A DNA stretch of 63,332 nucleotides, counting the filler, from Chrysochromulina tobinii (Eukaryota): assembly GCA_001275005.1 (NCBI GenBank). It is 4 parts of 4 records of this genome, joined end to end, with 100 filler letters (N's around TTAATTAATTAA, not from the genome) between each part and the next. Parts side by side here need not be neighbours in the genome. Positions count along the whole stretch, not along the records: positions 1 to 18,010 come from JWZX01001251.1; 3 more parts are not named here. One strand, 5' to 3'. Positions 1-11,942 of the stretch are shown here, piece after piece. The position numbers and the translations under genes were made by a program. Under the pieces are notes generated by a model. The model saw only the letters and a program-made list of their open reading frames with translations, was not told where the DNA came from and searched no databases. The stretch's first letter is position 1. Each line of letters begins with the position of its first letter.

Positions 1-490
1 AGGACCTCGATGCGCTGCTGTCCGAGTGTGGCTGCCTCACAGGCGATAAGGCTGCGACCTTGAAGGCGGGCATCAAACGCTTGACAGGAGAGACTGTGCA
101 GATTTTCAGAGAACGGCACTTCCTGCTTGAGTACTATGCTCGTGTCAAGTACGCACGCGCACACAGCATATCGCAAGCCCGATCTCCGATACCGTACCAA
201 CGCATGCATGGACCTCCCTCGCAGGTGCGTCGCCTTCGGCGTTGAGCCGGCCGAGAGCTGTGCGGAGCAACGTACGCACAGCGCGCACGCCGATGGGGGA
301 GGCAATCATCGTGCGCACGCCATAAGGCAGGAGGATGCTGTGGCGCAGCTGCCAGCTTCACATGGATCGTGGGTGCCACGCTCCGGTTGTAAATGCGTCG
401 GCTCTGGCACTTGTCATGTACAGCCTGAGAGCTTCACGTGCGCAGGTCACGTTCGGATAGCGCGATACTGTGCTTGCCTGAGATTCGGTG
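1..490 (+). CDS. Partial multi-exon protein-coding gene, unknown function (3' part)
   Basis: Open frame from the window start (DLDALLSECG...YYARVK). Putative GT-AG introns 149-224 and 272-445 keep the frame. 3' end uncertain. Confidence 0.3.
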
Positions 491-537
491 TACAGGGCAC
501 AGGGGTCGGGTCCGTCGAGGTCATTCCGAGACCGACG

Positions 538-587
538 TGTACAACTGTATATATAAATGTGTACAACTGTATATATGTGTACAACTT
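538..587. repeat. Short AT-rich tandem repeat (TGTACAACTGTATATAT x~2.5)
   Basis: Visible direct repeats in otherwise GC-rich DNA. Confidence 0.7.
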
Positions 588-1191
588 TAGGCCTTTACCT
601 TCAGCGTCGCGATACGCGAAAATATGCACAGATGTACACAGGTAAAGTTTTTGTGACGGCCGGGCGCGGCGACGACGCCGGACGACGGGACCCGGTAGGC
701 GGCGTCACTCTTACAGGGTTGAGCTTGAGGGTTCGTCACACAGGGTTGCGGGTACGATAGGCTTGGGAATAAGTATAAGAGCGCTCGCGCATTCAAACAC
801 AGGGCTCAGCTCACAAGAGCAGCTGCTGTTTCCCCACACATGCATGTCAAAGATTACATAACGGCTAGAGACACCCTAAGGATCGGAGCTCAGGCGGCTT
901 GCTTCGCAGATTCAACCACAGCCGACGCATCCGTCAGTGTACAGGGCGGATTCTGAGCGGGCAACTGTGGCAGCTGCACACTAACTGGGGGTTCCTTCGC
1001 GCCTAGCCCGCCAGCTGGCGTCTACGGCGTCGTGATCGGGGCCTCATGCAGGTCATCTTCGTGCCCATGGAGCCTGCAGTCCCGCACGGCTGTGTCACAC
1101 GGACCAGAGCTAAAGACCATCAAGCGCCGACGCGAAACGCGAGGGCTTCGGGAATTTCCATTTTCGGGAAAATGGTTCGGGGCTTTCTCAA

Positions 1192-3317
1192 ATGAGGCGT
1201 CTCGCAATGCGACGTCTCGTCGCCAACTCGGCGACACGCTTGGCAAAGTCTACTGGAAAGATGTCCGAAGAAGGAGGTGTACGACGATGGCAGGGCCGGA
1301 TAGGCACGTGGGTGTGGGATTCGGGGGACGATCTCAACGCGGGAGACGATGCCACCTTGTTCCGCGTTGGTCCGCTCTCTTCGGATCTTATGGAGAAGGT
1401 GGAGAGTGGTGAGGTGAGCCTTGCGATGCGGTTTGGCGTCTTTCGTTACGCTTCCTTGCGTGACGCCTACGCGCGCTACCAGATTCCCTTCATCCAGCGG
1501 CGTGCTGCTGGTATCCTTATCTTCTACGCGCTGTGGCGGACGGCGTGGACCATTCACTTTGCCCTGTCTGGAGGCTCCAAGCGGAACATGTTCTTCTTCC
1601 ATGGTGCTGATTGGCGCAACGGCATGGGTGTGCTGTATCTTTACTTGAGTTTTGCGCTTGTCGCTTCCTTGCCCATGATCGCGCGTCAGCAAGAGCGCGC
1701 CACCTCTTGCACCGCGCGCACGATCACGCGCCTCGCGGCCAGCCCTCGCACTCCAGACGTGGTAATGGCTCTGGTCGTGGCGGGGTATCTGCTCCTCATC
1801 CCGCGGGTGTGGAATGACAACGACCCGTTCGATCTCCTCCATGCCGACTACACGGCTCTTGACACGCAGACGCTCTTCTCGGTGGTGGCCGTCTTCCTTG
1901 CCATCGCGGTACGTCAAGGGGACCAACCCTCATAGGACTATATGGACCCTGATGAGGCCACAGGCACTGTGCTCATGCTATGCGCCACAGCTCCTAGTGA
2001 GCCCCCTCTGGTCCCCATGACGTTCTTGGCCTGCGCGTCCCTTTTCATGAGTCGCTCGCCGTGCGCTTCACCTCGTGCGCTGTGTGCGTTCGTGGGACCC
2101 CTCGTCCATGTGCCTCACAGGCGGGAGGCGTGTTTTTCTCGCCGCTCTTCGCCTTCGCCTCGTCCGTCACCTTCCTGATGACCTGGATTCATGCCTATCA
2201 CAGCCTTGTCGACCACCCGTTCTACCTCGACCGTCAGAATGCAAGCGCCTCGCAAGCCTCGACAGAGGGCAACCAAGGCAGGGATCAGAGCGACCTCGAG
2301 CTGGGCGGACTCCGAATCGTCTACTGGCAGACGTGGCCGTTGCTGGTCACCGTAGCCGTCATCAACTTTCATCGTGAGGTGTCGGCTGCGCGCCAGTTCC
2401 GGCTCGCCTGCGTGATGCAGCGGCTCGCGTCGCGTCGTATCGAGCAGCTGCGAGGGGAGAAGCAGAGGCTCAACTACGAGAGGGCGATAGAGGAGCACCG
2501 TGCCGTGCGAGTTGGCTCGGACTGCGGGAGCAGCTACGGCACGGAGATCGAGCTGTTTCATGCGTGGAAGAGATACGGCACGGAGACCGAGCTGTTGCAG
2601 ATGCATCGGCCGGTGCAATTGCCGCAGTCGGCGCAGTCGGAGCAGTCGGCGCAGTCGGAGCAGTCGGAGCAGTCACCGTTTCTGCCACTGACGCCGCAGT
2701 CGCTCGCGCGGGTGGAAGCCCTTACGCGGACGCTGCAAAAATGCGGCCTCGAGCTTGATCGTGAGGGTGAGGAGGCTCCCCTACCGTTACCTCAGGCGCA
2801 GGAGCCTCCGGCCTTTGCAGCAGCCACGGCTGAAGCAATGATGGCAGACGGTGCTCTGCAGATCGCCGTGCACCGTGTGAACGAATATCTTCTCGGCACA
2901 CCCGAGCTCGCCCCCGCCGAGGTCCCGCGCCGCAACCACGTATCCGCCACGCACAGGATTCTCTCGCAGCGGCATCGGCCAGCCCTCGATGGGCTTGCCC
3001 TGACGGCATGCAATCCCAATCGCGACGACAGAGCTAACGACGGAGCGGCCTCCCCATGGCCTCCTCATGGCAGCCTGCCACGTGACCTGGCGGGGAGGCC
3101 TTCCCATGGCCTGCCACGTGGCTTGGCGGAACGCGCGCGCCTCATGGCCCTCCCCTGGGGTTTGACCATCGGGGCACAGGGCGGCTGGGCACGGACTGGG
3201 CGACCTCCGACGCTACGGGATGCTCTGAGCGGTCTCGAGGCTCGTTCATTGCCGTCCGATGCTTCCGATGATGCGGTGGCTGCACGAGCCGACGAGCTCA
3301 TCGCTGGGATCTTTTGA
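1192..3317 (+). CDS. Multi-pass membrane protein with C-terminal coiled coil and low-complexity tail
   Basis: Consecutive hydrophobic ORFs 1192-1935 and 2121-3317, probably joined by intron(s) (GTACGT at 1909, CTCACAG at 2120). Several TM-like segments, then RRIEQLRGEKQRLNYER. Junction unresolved. Confidence 0.5.
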
Positions 3318-3473
3318 GCTCGAAACAAAAATAACTCAACTGACCTTTTCTCAAAGTTGCACGGAGAAGCTCGTTCGTGTGTGTGGAACTCCCTCTCCCT
3401 CCTTATTGGCACTGAAGGTCTTCTCACCCGCCCGACGTGCTCGACGAGGCCTTCCGATCAGATTCGTATCGGC

Positions 3474-6296
3474 ATGGCGCGCCGTCGTCTCGGCGCCACC
3501 TCCTTTACGATCCCGGATCTAGACAAGCAGGAGGTCGAGAAAGAAATCCTTGGCGAGCAGCATGAGGTCAACGCGGGCGTGCGGGCAACCTTTGGCGCGG
3601 TGCACTCCACGCTGAATTCGCAGGGCGCCGCCATCCGCGGCCTGGAGGAAGTGATCAAGAAAGTGCTTCCCGAGTTGGATCGGCTGACCGATCTGGTGAA
3701 GGACGCTGTTCCTAGCTCTGATGTGGCACGCATCGCCGAAAACCTGAGCAAGGTCGCCGAGGACGCCAATTTCTTGGCGGCGAACGCCAAGGAGATCAAG
3801 GTGAATCTGGACGCGAAGTTCGACGCGCAGCTCGGGCAGCGGGCGCTCGAGGCTCTTGCGCGGCAGCAGGCCCAGGCGGAGCACGAGGCTGCCGCGCGCG
3901 AGGCGGTCGGCGGCGAGGTGGTCCGGCTTGTCGCCTCGACGGCGTCGTTCACCCAGGTCGTGGAGTCGGTGCGCGTGGATTGCAAGAAGCTCGAGCCGCG
4001 TGTGGACGGGCTCGAGCGGCGGACTCAGGCGGATGAGGAGGCGCTCGAGGCGTACCGCAGAGACACGGATCGGCGACTGACCCTCAAGGCTGATGGCATC
4101 TCGCTCGAGGCTCTCGCACGCACTGTGGGCGAGGATGCGGCGGAGGCGCAGCGCCGGTGGACGAAGCTCGAGGCGGAGGCGAAGAAGCAGCACACGGAGG
4201 CGCTCAAGGTGGCCAACGAGAAGATGCCCCGTCGCGAGGCGCAGCAGGCGCTCGATGCGCTCGCTGAGGCCATCGCCCGCCAAGCGCATGAGCACGCGCA
4301 GGCGGGCGCGCGTCTCGCGGACGCCATGGCTGCGCGCCTTGAGCGCTCCGAGGCGGACGCGGCGCAGACGCTGTCCCAGCTGCAGGCTGAGGAAGCCGAC
4401 TGGCGCGCCGAGGCGCAGTCGCAGCTCTCGGCTCTCCAGCAAGCCATCGACGCTGCGACAGGCCGAGCTGAGCGCGAGCTTCGCGCGCACCGAATGAGCG
4501 CCGAGCGCGAGGCGGCCGAGTTGCGCTCAACGGGGAGCTCGCATGCCGATCGGCTGGACGAGCAGTCGGCTCTGCTCTCGGAGCTGCGCGCGGACGCGGC
4601 AGGCACCGCCCGGGAGGCAGCCGCGCTCACCAGCGCCAGCGCACGCGCGGCTGGGGTGATCGAGCAGTTACGTGCTCACGGCGTCGAGCTCGAGGAGACT
4701 GTCGATCGCTTAGGCGCGCGGCACAAGGCGCTGGGGCAGACGGTCGAGCGGGAGCTCGGGCTGTGCTCGGAGCGCGTCGAGGGGCTCGAGGGGCACTGCG
4801 CCGAGCTGCACGCCGCACTGAGCACCCTCACCGCCAACGGGCAGCCCCTAACAGCGAGTGATCTGGCCAATCTCGAGCATCGAGTCGGCTCGCTCGAGGG
4901 GGCTCTCACGAGCACGCTCGAGGAGCTGCGTCGGCGAGAGCTCGCGCGCGACACGGGTCACGTGGTGCAGCGCACGACGGACGCGATGCGCTTGCGCCTC
5001 GAGCAGCTCGAACAGAAGGTGAGCGACGAGGCCGAGGCGGCCGAGGCCTGGCAGGAGGAGGCGCGCAGGGCCGGGGCCGCCGCCGCGGCGGCCGAGCTTG
5101 CGGCACAGACCGCCGCGGCCAGCGCGCAGGCTGCCGCGACCGCTGCCGCGACCGCCGTGGGGCCTGGGAGCGCCGCCGCCACTCCGATGAGATTGCTGCC
5201 GCCTCCGCCACCAGTACAGGAACTGGGGCTGCGCGCCACGCCGCAGCGGCGCCAAATGGACGATGTGGCGGCAGCGGCGGCGAGCGCGGCGGCAGATAGC
5301 GCGGCCGCGGCGGCGAAGGCGTCGGCGGCGGACGCGGCGATGACGGCGCGTCTGGTCGAGATGCTCCAGCGCCAGGTGGAGGCCTTGCACGCGCAACTCG
5401 GCCAACTGAACGAAGAAGCTGTCTCCGCCCTGCGCGATCGCGATGAGGAGCGCAGGGCGGAACAGCAGCGGCGGCAGGCGACGGACGAGGCGCTGCGGGC
5501 GCTGCGCCGGGACATGGCAGTGGTGCAGGAAGAGGCGGCCGCCACGCGGGCGGAGCTCCATGCCCTCAGGTCTCGCGCCACACCAGCGCCGCCCGTGACC
5601 GCGACCGCGACCGTGACTGCGCCGCCGACGCCCTCGCGGCCAACGCTCGCCCCCTCGCCCATGCCCACGCCCGCTGCACCGCTCGTGGGGGGGTCCGGCA
5701 TCGGTTCGAGCATGGAGCTCGTGTTCACGGGGAGGCTCACGGCGCTTGAGGCGGCCCATCGCGCCATCGAGGCGGCTCAGCGCGATCTAGAGGGCACGAT
5801 GGCGAGTTGGACTGCCGAGCACGCACGCAAGCTGGAGCTCCTAGCGTCGCAAGCGCTCTCGGGCAAGTGGATTGGGCTTGTGGGCATGGGCGGCAGCGCA
5901 GTGGGCGGCGCGGTGGGGAGTGTGGTGGGCAGCGGTGCGACGGCGGGCGCGGGCGTGCTCGTGTGCTGGCATGAGCAAGCGGCGAACACTTACGAGGGTG
6001 GCTTCGGTTGGATACCTCGCACTCACGAGGTCAACTGCGCTGCAGCCGGCGTGTACGAGGTGGCCGTGGGTCTGTGGCCAGCTTCGCCTGGGCTGCTCGC
6101 CGAGCTGCGTGTCAATGGTGCGACCGCGATGCTCCTGACTGAGCCGCCCGCCGCGCTGGCGCACCTGGGCGCCGCCGAGGCGGGGGGGCTCTGCGCTGTC
6201 TCGCTCCTCTCCCTCCCCGCGGGCGCCGCCGTGAGCCTCGCAGCCGAGCACGCGACACGGCGCACAAAGGCATACCTCGGGCTGCGAAAACTTTGA
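3474..6296 (+). CDS. Long coiled-coil protein with C-terminal C1q/TNF-like beta domain
   Basis: Intronless ORF, ATG at 3474. Heptad-rich Ala/Glu/Arg body; C-terminus WHEQAANT...AAGVYEVAVGLW...LRVNG resembles the C1q-like fold. Confidence 0.75.
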   Translation: MARRRLGATSFTIPDLDKQEVEKEILGEQHEVNAGVRATFGAVHSTLNSQGAAIRGLEEVIKKVLPELDRLTDLVKDAVPSSDVARIAENLSKVAEDANFLAANAKEIKVNLDAKFDAQLGQRALEALARQQAQAEHEAAAREAVGGEVVRLVASTASFTQVVESVRVDCKKLEPRVDGLERRTQADEEALEAYRRDTDRRLTLKADGISLEALARTVGEDAAEAQRRWTKLEAEAKKQHTEALKVANEKMPRREAQQALDALAEAIARQAHEHAQAGARLADAMAARLERSEADAAQTLSQLQAEEADWRAEAQSQLSALQQAIDAATGRAERELRAHRMSAEREAAELRSTGSSHADRLDEQSALLSELRADAAGTAREAAALTSASARAAGVIEQLRAHGVELEETVDRLGARHKALGQTVERELGLCSERVEGLEGHCAELHAALSTLTANGQPLTASDLANLEHRVGSLEGALTSTLEELRRRELARDTGHVVQRTTDAMRLRLEQLEQKVSDEAEAAEAWQEEARRAGAAAAAAELAAQTAAASAQAAATAAATAVGPGSAAATPMRLLPPPPPVQELGLRATPQRRQMDDVAAAAASAAADSAAAAAKASAADAAMTARLVEMLQRQVEALHAQLGQLNEEAVSALRDRDEERRAEQQRRQATDEALRALRRDMAVVQEEAAATRAELHALRSRATPAPPVTATATVTAPPTPSRPTLAPSPMPTPAAPLVGGSGIGSSMELVFTGRLTALEAAHRAIEAAQRDLEGTMASWTAEHARKLELLASQALSGKWIGLVGMGGSAVGGAVGSVVGSGATAGAGVLVCWHEQAANTYEGGFGWIPRTHEVNCAAAGVYEVAVGLWPASPGLLAELRVNGATAMLLTEPPAALAHLGAAEAGGLCAVSLLSLPAGAAVSLAAEHATRRTKAYLGLRKL

Positions 6297-6552
6297 GCCG
6301 AAAAGATAGTCGATGTCGACGTGACACCGGGTCAGCGCCGGCAGGGTCGGTGCGGTGGTGTGGCGTGGACTCCTTCGAATCGCCAATGATCCATAAATGA
6401 TCCACAGAGCGATCGAGTCGGAGGGACCAAAGTTTGATCTTCGTCCTTCATCCGCGCGAGAAGAGCGCGATGGAGTGCCGGCGGCCGCACGGGCAGACCA
6501 CGGATGTGTTCAGGCTAGTTTCTTCGGACTGCGTGGGTTGCTTGACCTTTCC

Positions 6553-6937
6553 TTAGCGAATACACTCCCCACACACCGCTACCCCGTCATTGACTCTGAT
6601 GCCATCTCTACGGTACAGCTGGACACTCGGGATAGGGACCTGTGCTCGCTCGCCCTTGATCCTTCAGAAGATGCACAAGTAATACCACTTCTTGTAGCCC
6701 AACCCGATGCTGGAGCAAACGCGCCTGTGGTGACGCGAGTCGAAGGGTGTCTGTTAGGTTCGTTCTGCGCGTGTGTCAAGTTTGTGTGCATTTGGCGCAC
6801 GTCGAGCTGACTGCTGCCATCCAACTAATAATGTTGGCCTTGGTGCTCGAGTCGGCGGCCTCATTCTTCACAAGCTTGACGAGCCCCGACACGTTGGACT
6901 TGATGAAAGTGCGCACCTCCTCCTCGTCTTTCGTCAT
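6553..6937 (-). CDS. Small two-exon Zn-ribbon-like protein with in-frame TGA (CIF*R...CGEC); selenoprotein candidate or pseudogene
   Basis: ATG 6937; intron 6800-6725 (GT...CCTAAC...ACAG); TGA at 6666-6664 in the second-Cys position of a CxxC; frame continues to CGECIR and TAA at 6555-6553. Confidence 0.5.
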
Positions 6938-7976
6938 CGGGTTTTGCGTGGTACTTCGTCGTCGGGCCCGACGCACACACTCACTCGTGACAAGTTATGA
7001 GGCCTCGTGTGTGCACGCAATGACGAAACATGGTTCGTTACATGTACAGTTTCGTGTAGAAACACAAACCGGAGTGCCGGCGGGACACACACGTTCACGA
7101 TCACTAAAATACACGAGACCGGGACACTCCTCACTCGAGAAAGCAATGGTGATCCACACAAACTGAAAAACTGCTATAGGGCCGCAGGCGCAGCAGCGCT
7201 CCCTTTACCGGTACGTTGAGGGTTTGGCGAGCCGTGGGTAATCCATGGGGAATGGCGTGTGAGGGGGGGTGACCACGCGCAGTGTTTGACGCTGTTGATG
7301 GTGTAGATCTGTGAGTGTGTTTTTATTGAGCTGAATACAATCATGTCTGTTGTAATGTTGGAAAAGAAGACCTAGGGGAAAGGGGAAACGAATAGGAAAC
7401 GAATCGTCGACGGCATCGCCGGGGGCGTACCGGTACGGGGGGCGGGGTGCGGCGGTGCTGCACGAGCCGCAGCGCTCGCGCACTAAAATGTGTCGGAATC
7501 ATGCCGACCGCCGGACCGCGACGGTTCCACACACGCTCAATCCTCAAAGCGCGGTCACCTCCATTACTACGATTAAATTTGGACGTGGGAGAGTGACTCT
7601 TATTTGGAAATATTTTGCTGGCCCCGAAACGCGCACCTTAGTTTCCAGATTCCGCACAAAGAGACCATGAGCACCGGGCGGCGGCCGACACACGACTGCC
7701 CCACGCGATACCAAAACCACCACACACACAGACGCAGATGTATTTTCATTGGGCGACCCTTCTAGCTCACGAGCCCTCACGCTTGTCCAGCATTAATGTC
7801 CAGCATATCCCAGCGCTGGCCAAGATGTTCTGTGCCGGCATATTTATTAGTGCCCCCAGCATCACACACGATGAGGACCCCGAAGCGAGGCAATGAGCCC
7901 GTCTCTGAGCCCGTCAGAGCAAAGCATCTTGCTTTAGCATCTTGCCCACCAAGATCCTGTCCACATTTCACAGCGA

Positions 7977-10900
7977 TCACATGAGCCACTGGAGGAACGT
8001 GTTCCTTTTCTCCGGCTCGCCACCCTCGTCGGCCTCGGCGACCTTCTCCACGTTATCATCCTCGAGCCGCTTGAAGATGGCCCTGGGGTCGGTCGAGCAG
8101 TCAAACGCCGTCTTCTTGTGCGCGGCATCCGACTCGAGATTCGAGATCGACATCTTCGCCGACCCCAACGCGCCCATCGGCCCGGTCGTCAGTCCAACCA
8201 GCTGCAGAGCGTCGCCGAGGCACTTGTCGGCCGCCTCCGCGCCAGCCCAGCAGTCCTCGATCTCGATCTTGCCGTCGGCGACGGACGTGGCCAAGACAGC
8301 AAACTCGCTGGGCGCGCGCTGGAGGCTGCAGTCGAATTCGGTGCCAGCCGGAGCAAACCTGTGAAACGCTGAGAACTGCCTGTCAATCTCTTTTCGCGCG
8401 ATCGCCATCATCGCCACCTTGGGATGCTTGACGATGGCATCAAGCTGGGACTTCCACGCGAGCATCTCCTTTGCATTCAGCGCGAGCGTGCACTTGCCTG
8501 GGGGCTTTTCCTTCACGAGCTGCCCTGCCGTATTGGCGTTGACGAATTGCGGGAACATTTTGAGCGTGATCGTGCAGTCCGAAGGGGGGCACACGTCGGC
8601 GGGCACGCCCTTGCAGACGAGGTCGCGGATGCGGACAAAATAGTCGGCAACGTCGTAGTGCAGGCCGGCGTACAGCGAGGGGTCGTCACCGGTGAGACCC
8701 ACAGGCGCCTGCGAGGGAGACTTTGTGCCGTGAACGGTGCCTTGGTTGCTCAGCCCGAGGATCTTCGACGTGAGGACCGGGTTGCTGCTGTTCCTCAAGG
8801 TACCGGTATCCGCATCAAAGATCGATTGAGGAACGGGCTTCCCAATGTTCTCGCACTCGCTGACCTTGCTGGTTGACCACACCCTGCTCGCAGCCGAGAA
8901 GGGCTCTCCGAGGTCGAAGACGCACGGGTGGATGTTGAGAGCCTCCCCAACCTCCGTCGTGCCGCTCCCGTGGTCAGAGACGATCACTAGCACCTGCGCT
9001 CGGCCCGCAGCCCCGGCCGGCGTCGCAGTCGCGACCGGGGCCGGAGCGGTAGCAACGGCCGGGGCCGGCTTCACAACGGGGACCGGCGTGGTGGCCGCGA
9101 TCGGCTCCGACGTTGCGGGCGACGGTGTGCTATCCACGACCGGCTCGAGCGCGGGCTTCGCGGCCGGCGCGGGAGTGGGTTTCGCGGTCGGGGCCGGCGT
9201 GGCTTTCGCGACTGGCTCCGGCTTGACGGCAGCCTGCCCCGCACCGGTCCCCACACCGACTTTGAGCACCCGCTTGACGATGGCGTTCGGGTCGTTTGCG
9301 GTGGGCTTATGGTTGACGTCATTTGCCAGCACCTCGTAGATGGCGGTCGGGTCGGTCGAGCATGCCTGCTCCTCGGTGCCGAAGCCATGGTCGGCGGTTC
9401 CGCTGTTCATCGGCTCAAGGAGGGTGGTCCACGCGGTGGTGGCATTGGGGCCGGCCATCACCCGTGCACCCATGCCGCCCATAGGCTCGATGGTCAGTCC
9501 GACCAACTGCAGAGCGTCGCCGAGGCACTTGTCGGCCGCCTCCGCGCCAGTCCAGCAGTCTTCGATCTCGATCTTGCCGTCCACGTAGAGCTTCGACGCG
9601 GTGGCAAACGTGCTGGGGGGGCGCGGGAGGCTGCAGTCGAACTTGCTGCTAGGCGGGCTGAAGCGCTTGAATGCCGAGAACTGCCTGTCCACCTCGCGCC
9701 GCGCGATCTCCACCATCGCGACCTTCGGGTGCGTTTGCATCGTCTCGAGCGCTTCGTTCCAAGCGGCCATCGCCTTTTCGTTCCGCGCGATCGTGCACGG
9801 CGATTGCACATCATCCTCCATGAGCTTACCGGCCGTGTTGGCGTTCACGTACGCCGGGAACATGTTGAGCGTGATCGTGCACTGCGAGGGGAGGCACACG
9901 TCGGCAGCCACGCCCTTGCAGACGAGATCGCGCACGCGGACGAAGTAGTCGGCGAGGTTGTAGTGCAGCCCGTTATACAGCGGTGACGCGTCACCCGTCA
10001 GAGGAGTAACACGCTGGTCCACGAGGATAGGCTTCGATACACTGGTCCCCATCTTAAGGATCTTCTCCTTGAGCTGCGGGTTGACGTTGCTCTTGAGGGC
10101 GCGAGTGTCCGCGTCGAAGATCCCGATCGGGAATGTGTAGCTATCGCACTCAGCGACCTCGCTCGTCGACCACACGGTATCCGAGAACGCAAACGGCTCT
10201 CCGAGGTCAAAGACGCACGGGTGCTTGGCGAGGGCCTTGCCAAACTCGGTGGTGCCGCTAGCGTGGTCAGAGACGACGACGAGCACCTGCGCACGACCCG
10301 GAAGGCCTCCGGGAATGGCCTTCGCGACCGGCGCCGGCGCCACCTTCGCGCCCGGCTTGGCTTTCACGGTCGGTGCCGCGACGAGCGAAAAGGGAACCTC
10401 AGCGTCGGGAACTTCCTCAGCGTCGGGAACGTCCTCATCCTCGGGAACCTGCTCAGCCTCGGGAACCTCAGCCTCGGCGGGAACAGACTCAGCGGCCGGT
10501 GACGGTGAGGCGACTGCATCGGGTGACGGTGAGGCGACTGCATCGTGTGCCGTCTCGGAAGGCTCAGGGGCCGGTGAGGCGACTGCATCGGGTGCCGCGA
10601 TGAACGTCGCGGGAACCTCATCCTGGGTCGGCTTGATGACGACTGCTTGAGGGCCGTCATCGCTCGGCGGAGCGGCGATCACCCAGACAGGATCATCGGT
10701 CGGCCTCTCTGGCGCAGGCTGCTCGTCGGGATCGGCACCCGGTGCGGTGACCAACTCGGGGTCGTTCGGGTCAATCGGAACCGGCGCGGCGACCGCTGTG
10801 ATGCCACCAGCCAAGGGAGCCGTATCCGGGGCAGGTTGAAGGACTGACTCGGGAGCCTCAGGGGCCGGTGCGGTGACTGCCTTGGGGTCTTCGGGGGTCA

Positions 10901-11696
10901 TTTTGTCCTTTTCAGGATCCTCAGGATCCTCGGGAGCCTCGGGGTCCTTGGGAGCCTCGGGAGCCTCGGGGTCCTTGGGAGCCTCGGGAGCCTCGGGGTC
11001 CTTGGGAGCCTCGGGAGCCTCGGGGTCCTTGGGAGCCTCGGGGTCCTCGGGATCCTCGGGGTCCTTGGGATCCTCGGGGGCCGGTGCTGTAGCGCCTGCT
11101 TCAGGCACGGATGCCTCGGGCGCCGGCACTGCCCCCGCCTCGGGGCACCAGGACCAACTGTAATTCGCCAATCGATGAGGAACGCATGGAGCCGATGCGG
11201 CATCTGCGTCGGGTGCCGCGACGAGCCTCTCGGGAGACTCAGACTTCAATGCATCGGGCGCCGGCGCCGGCTCTGCCCCCGCCGCGGGGCACCAGGACCA
11301 ACTGTAATCCGGCAGTCGATGAGGAACGCACGGGACCGTGGCAGGTGTTGGAGCCTCAGCGGGAGCCTCGGCGGGAGCCTCCGGAGCCGGCGTGGCGGCC
11401 GCCTCGGGAGCCGGCTCCGGAGCAGGCGCGGCGGCCGTCTCGGGAACCTCCGGAGCCGGCGTGGAAACCGTCTCGGGAGCCTCCGATGAACGCTCAGATT
11501 TTTTGTGCAAGTCGAATATGTGGTCGATGGCATGGAAGTCGACATCCGATGCCACGCTGAGCTGTTCGGGAGCCCCATCCTGCGCGGCGGCCACGTGCTT
11601 CGGCACCGGTGGGTCGTGAGGCCGGTGAGCCCAAAGCGCTTGAATCGCCGGCCCCTTCAGCGGGGCCCCGAGGAGAAAGACGGCCAGCGTCAGCAT
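7977..11696 (-). CDS. Secreted Pro/Ala/Glu-rich protein with two tandem sulfotransferase-like domains
   Basis: 1239-aa ORF with signal peptide. Two homologous ~300-aa domains begin VLV(V/I)VSDH(A/G)[18 protein letters not shown], a PAPS-binding-loop-like pattern. Confidence 0.75.
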   Translation of the reverse strand: MLTLAVFLLGAPLKGPAIQALWAHRPHDPPVPKHVAAAQDGAPEQLSVASDVDFHAIDHIFDLHKKSERSSEAPETVSTPAPEVPETAAAPAPEPAPEAAATPAPEAPAEAPAEAPTPATVPCVPHRLPDYSWSWCPAAGAEPAPAPDALKSESPERLVAAPDADAASAPCVPHRLANYSWSWCPEAGAVPAPEASVPEAGATAPAPEDPKDPEDPEDPEAPKDPEAPEAPKDPEAPEAPKDPEAPEAPKDPEAPEDPEDPEKDKMTPEDPKAVTAPAPEAPESVLQPAPDTAPLAGGITAVAAPVPIDPNDPELVTAPGADPDEQPAPERPTDDPVWVIAAPPSDDGPQAVVIKPTQDEVPATFIAAPDAVASPAPEPSETAHDAVASPSPDAVASPSPAAESVPAEAEVPEAEQVPEDEDVPDAEEVPDAEVPFSLVAAPTVKAKPGAKVAPAPVAKAIPGGLPGRAQVLVVVSDHASGTTEFGKALAKHPCVFDLGEPFAFSDTVWSTSEVAECDSYTFPIGIFDADTRALKSNVNPQLKEKILKMGTSVSKPILVDQRVTPLTGDASPLYNGLHYNLADYFVRVRDLVCKGVAADVCLPSQCTITLNMFPAYVNANTAGKLMEDDVQSPCTIARNEKAMAAWNEALETMQTHPKVAMVEIARREVDRQFSAFKRFSPPSSKFDCSLPRPPSTFATASKLYVDGKIEIEDCWTGAEAADKCLGDALQLVGLTIEPMGGMGARVMAGPNATTAWTTLLEPMNSGTADHGFGTEEQACSTDPTAIYEVLANDVNHKPTANDPNAIVKRVLKVGVGTGAGQAAVKPEPVAKATPAPTAKPTPAPAAKPALEPVVDSTPSPATSEPIAATTPVPVVKPAPAVATAPAPVATATPAGAAGRAQVLVIVSDHGSGTTEVGEALNIHPCVFDLGEPFSAASRVWSTSKVSECENIGKPVPQSIFDADTGTLRNSSNPVLTSKILGLSNQGTVHGTKSPSQAPVGLTGDDPSLYAGLHYDVADYFVRIRDLVCKGVPADVCPPSDCTITLKMFPQFVNANTAGQLVKEKPPGKCTLALNAKEMLAWKSQLDAIVKHPKVAMMAIARKEIDRQFSAFHRFAPAGTEFDCSLQRAPSEFAVLATSVADGKIEIEDCWAGAEAADKCLGDALQLVGLTTGPMGALGSAKMSISNLESDAAHKKTAFDCSTDPRAIFKRLEDDNVEKVAEADEGGEPEKRNTFLQWLM
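10880..11078 (-). repeat. Coding tandem repeat ([15 protein letters not shown])
   Basis: 9/27-nt periodic repeats inside the 1239-aa ORF. Confidence 0.85.
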
Positions 11697-11942
11697 TCGA
11701 AGGCCCTTTTTAGGAGCAGTCCCGAATCATCCTTTTATGGATCTTTTTTGCCTGCGCTCACATGAAGTCTGCACACACGCACCCCGCCCAAGTCCTCGCG
11801 TGCGTCGCATATGCGGAAAGTTGCGTGCATAATTTTCCTTTTCTTTAGACCTTGACTTGCGTGCGGAATCGGCGGAACGTTTATCGGAACCTGAGGGTGG
11901 ACGGCACCGACGAAGGCCTGGCGCGACATCTGTGCGCAAGCC

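Noticed and set aside
3458..6386. Long antisense and alternate-frame ORFs over the coiled-coil gene (and similar ones window-wide)
   Set aside because: Expected shadow ORFs of high-GC coding DNA; low-complexity Arg/Ala/Ser translations without motifs.
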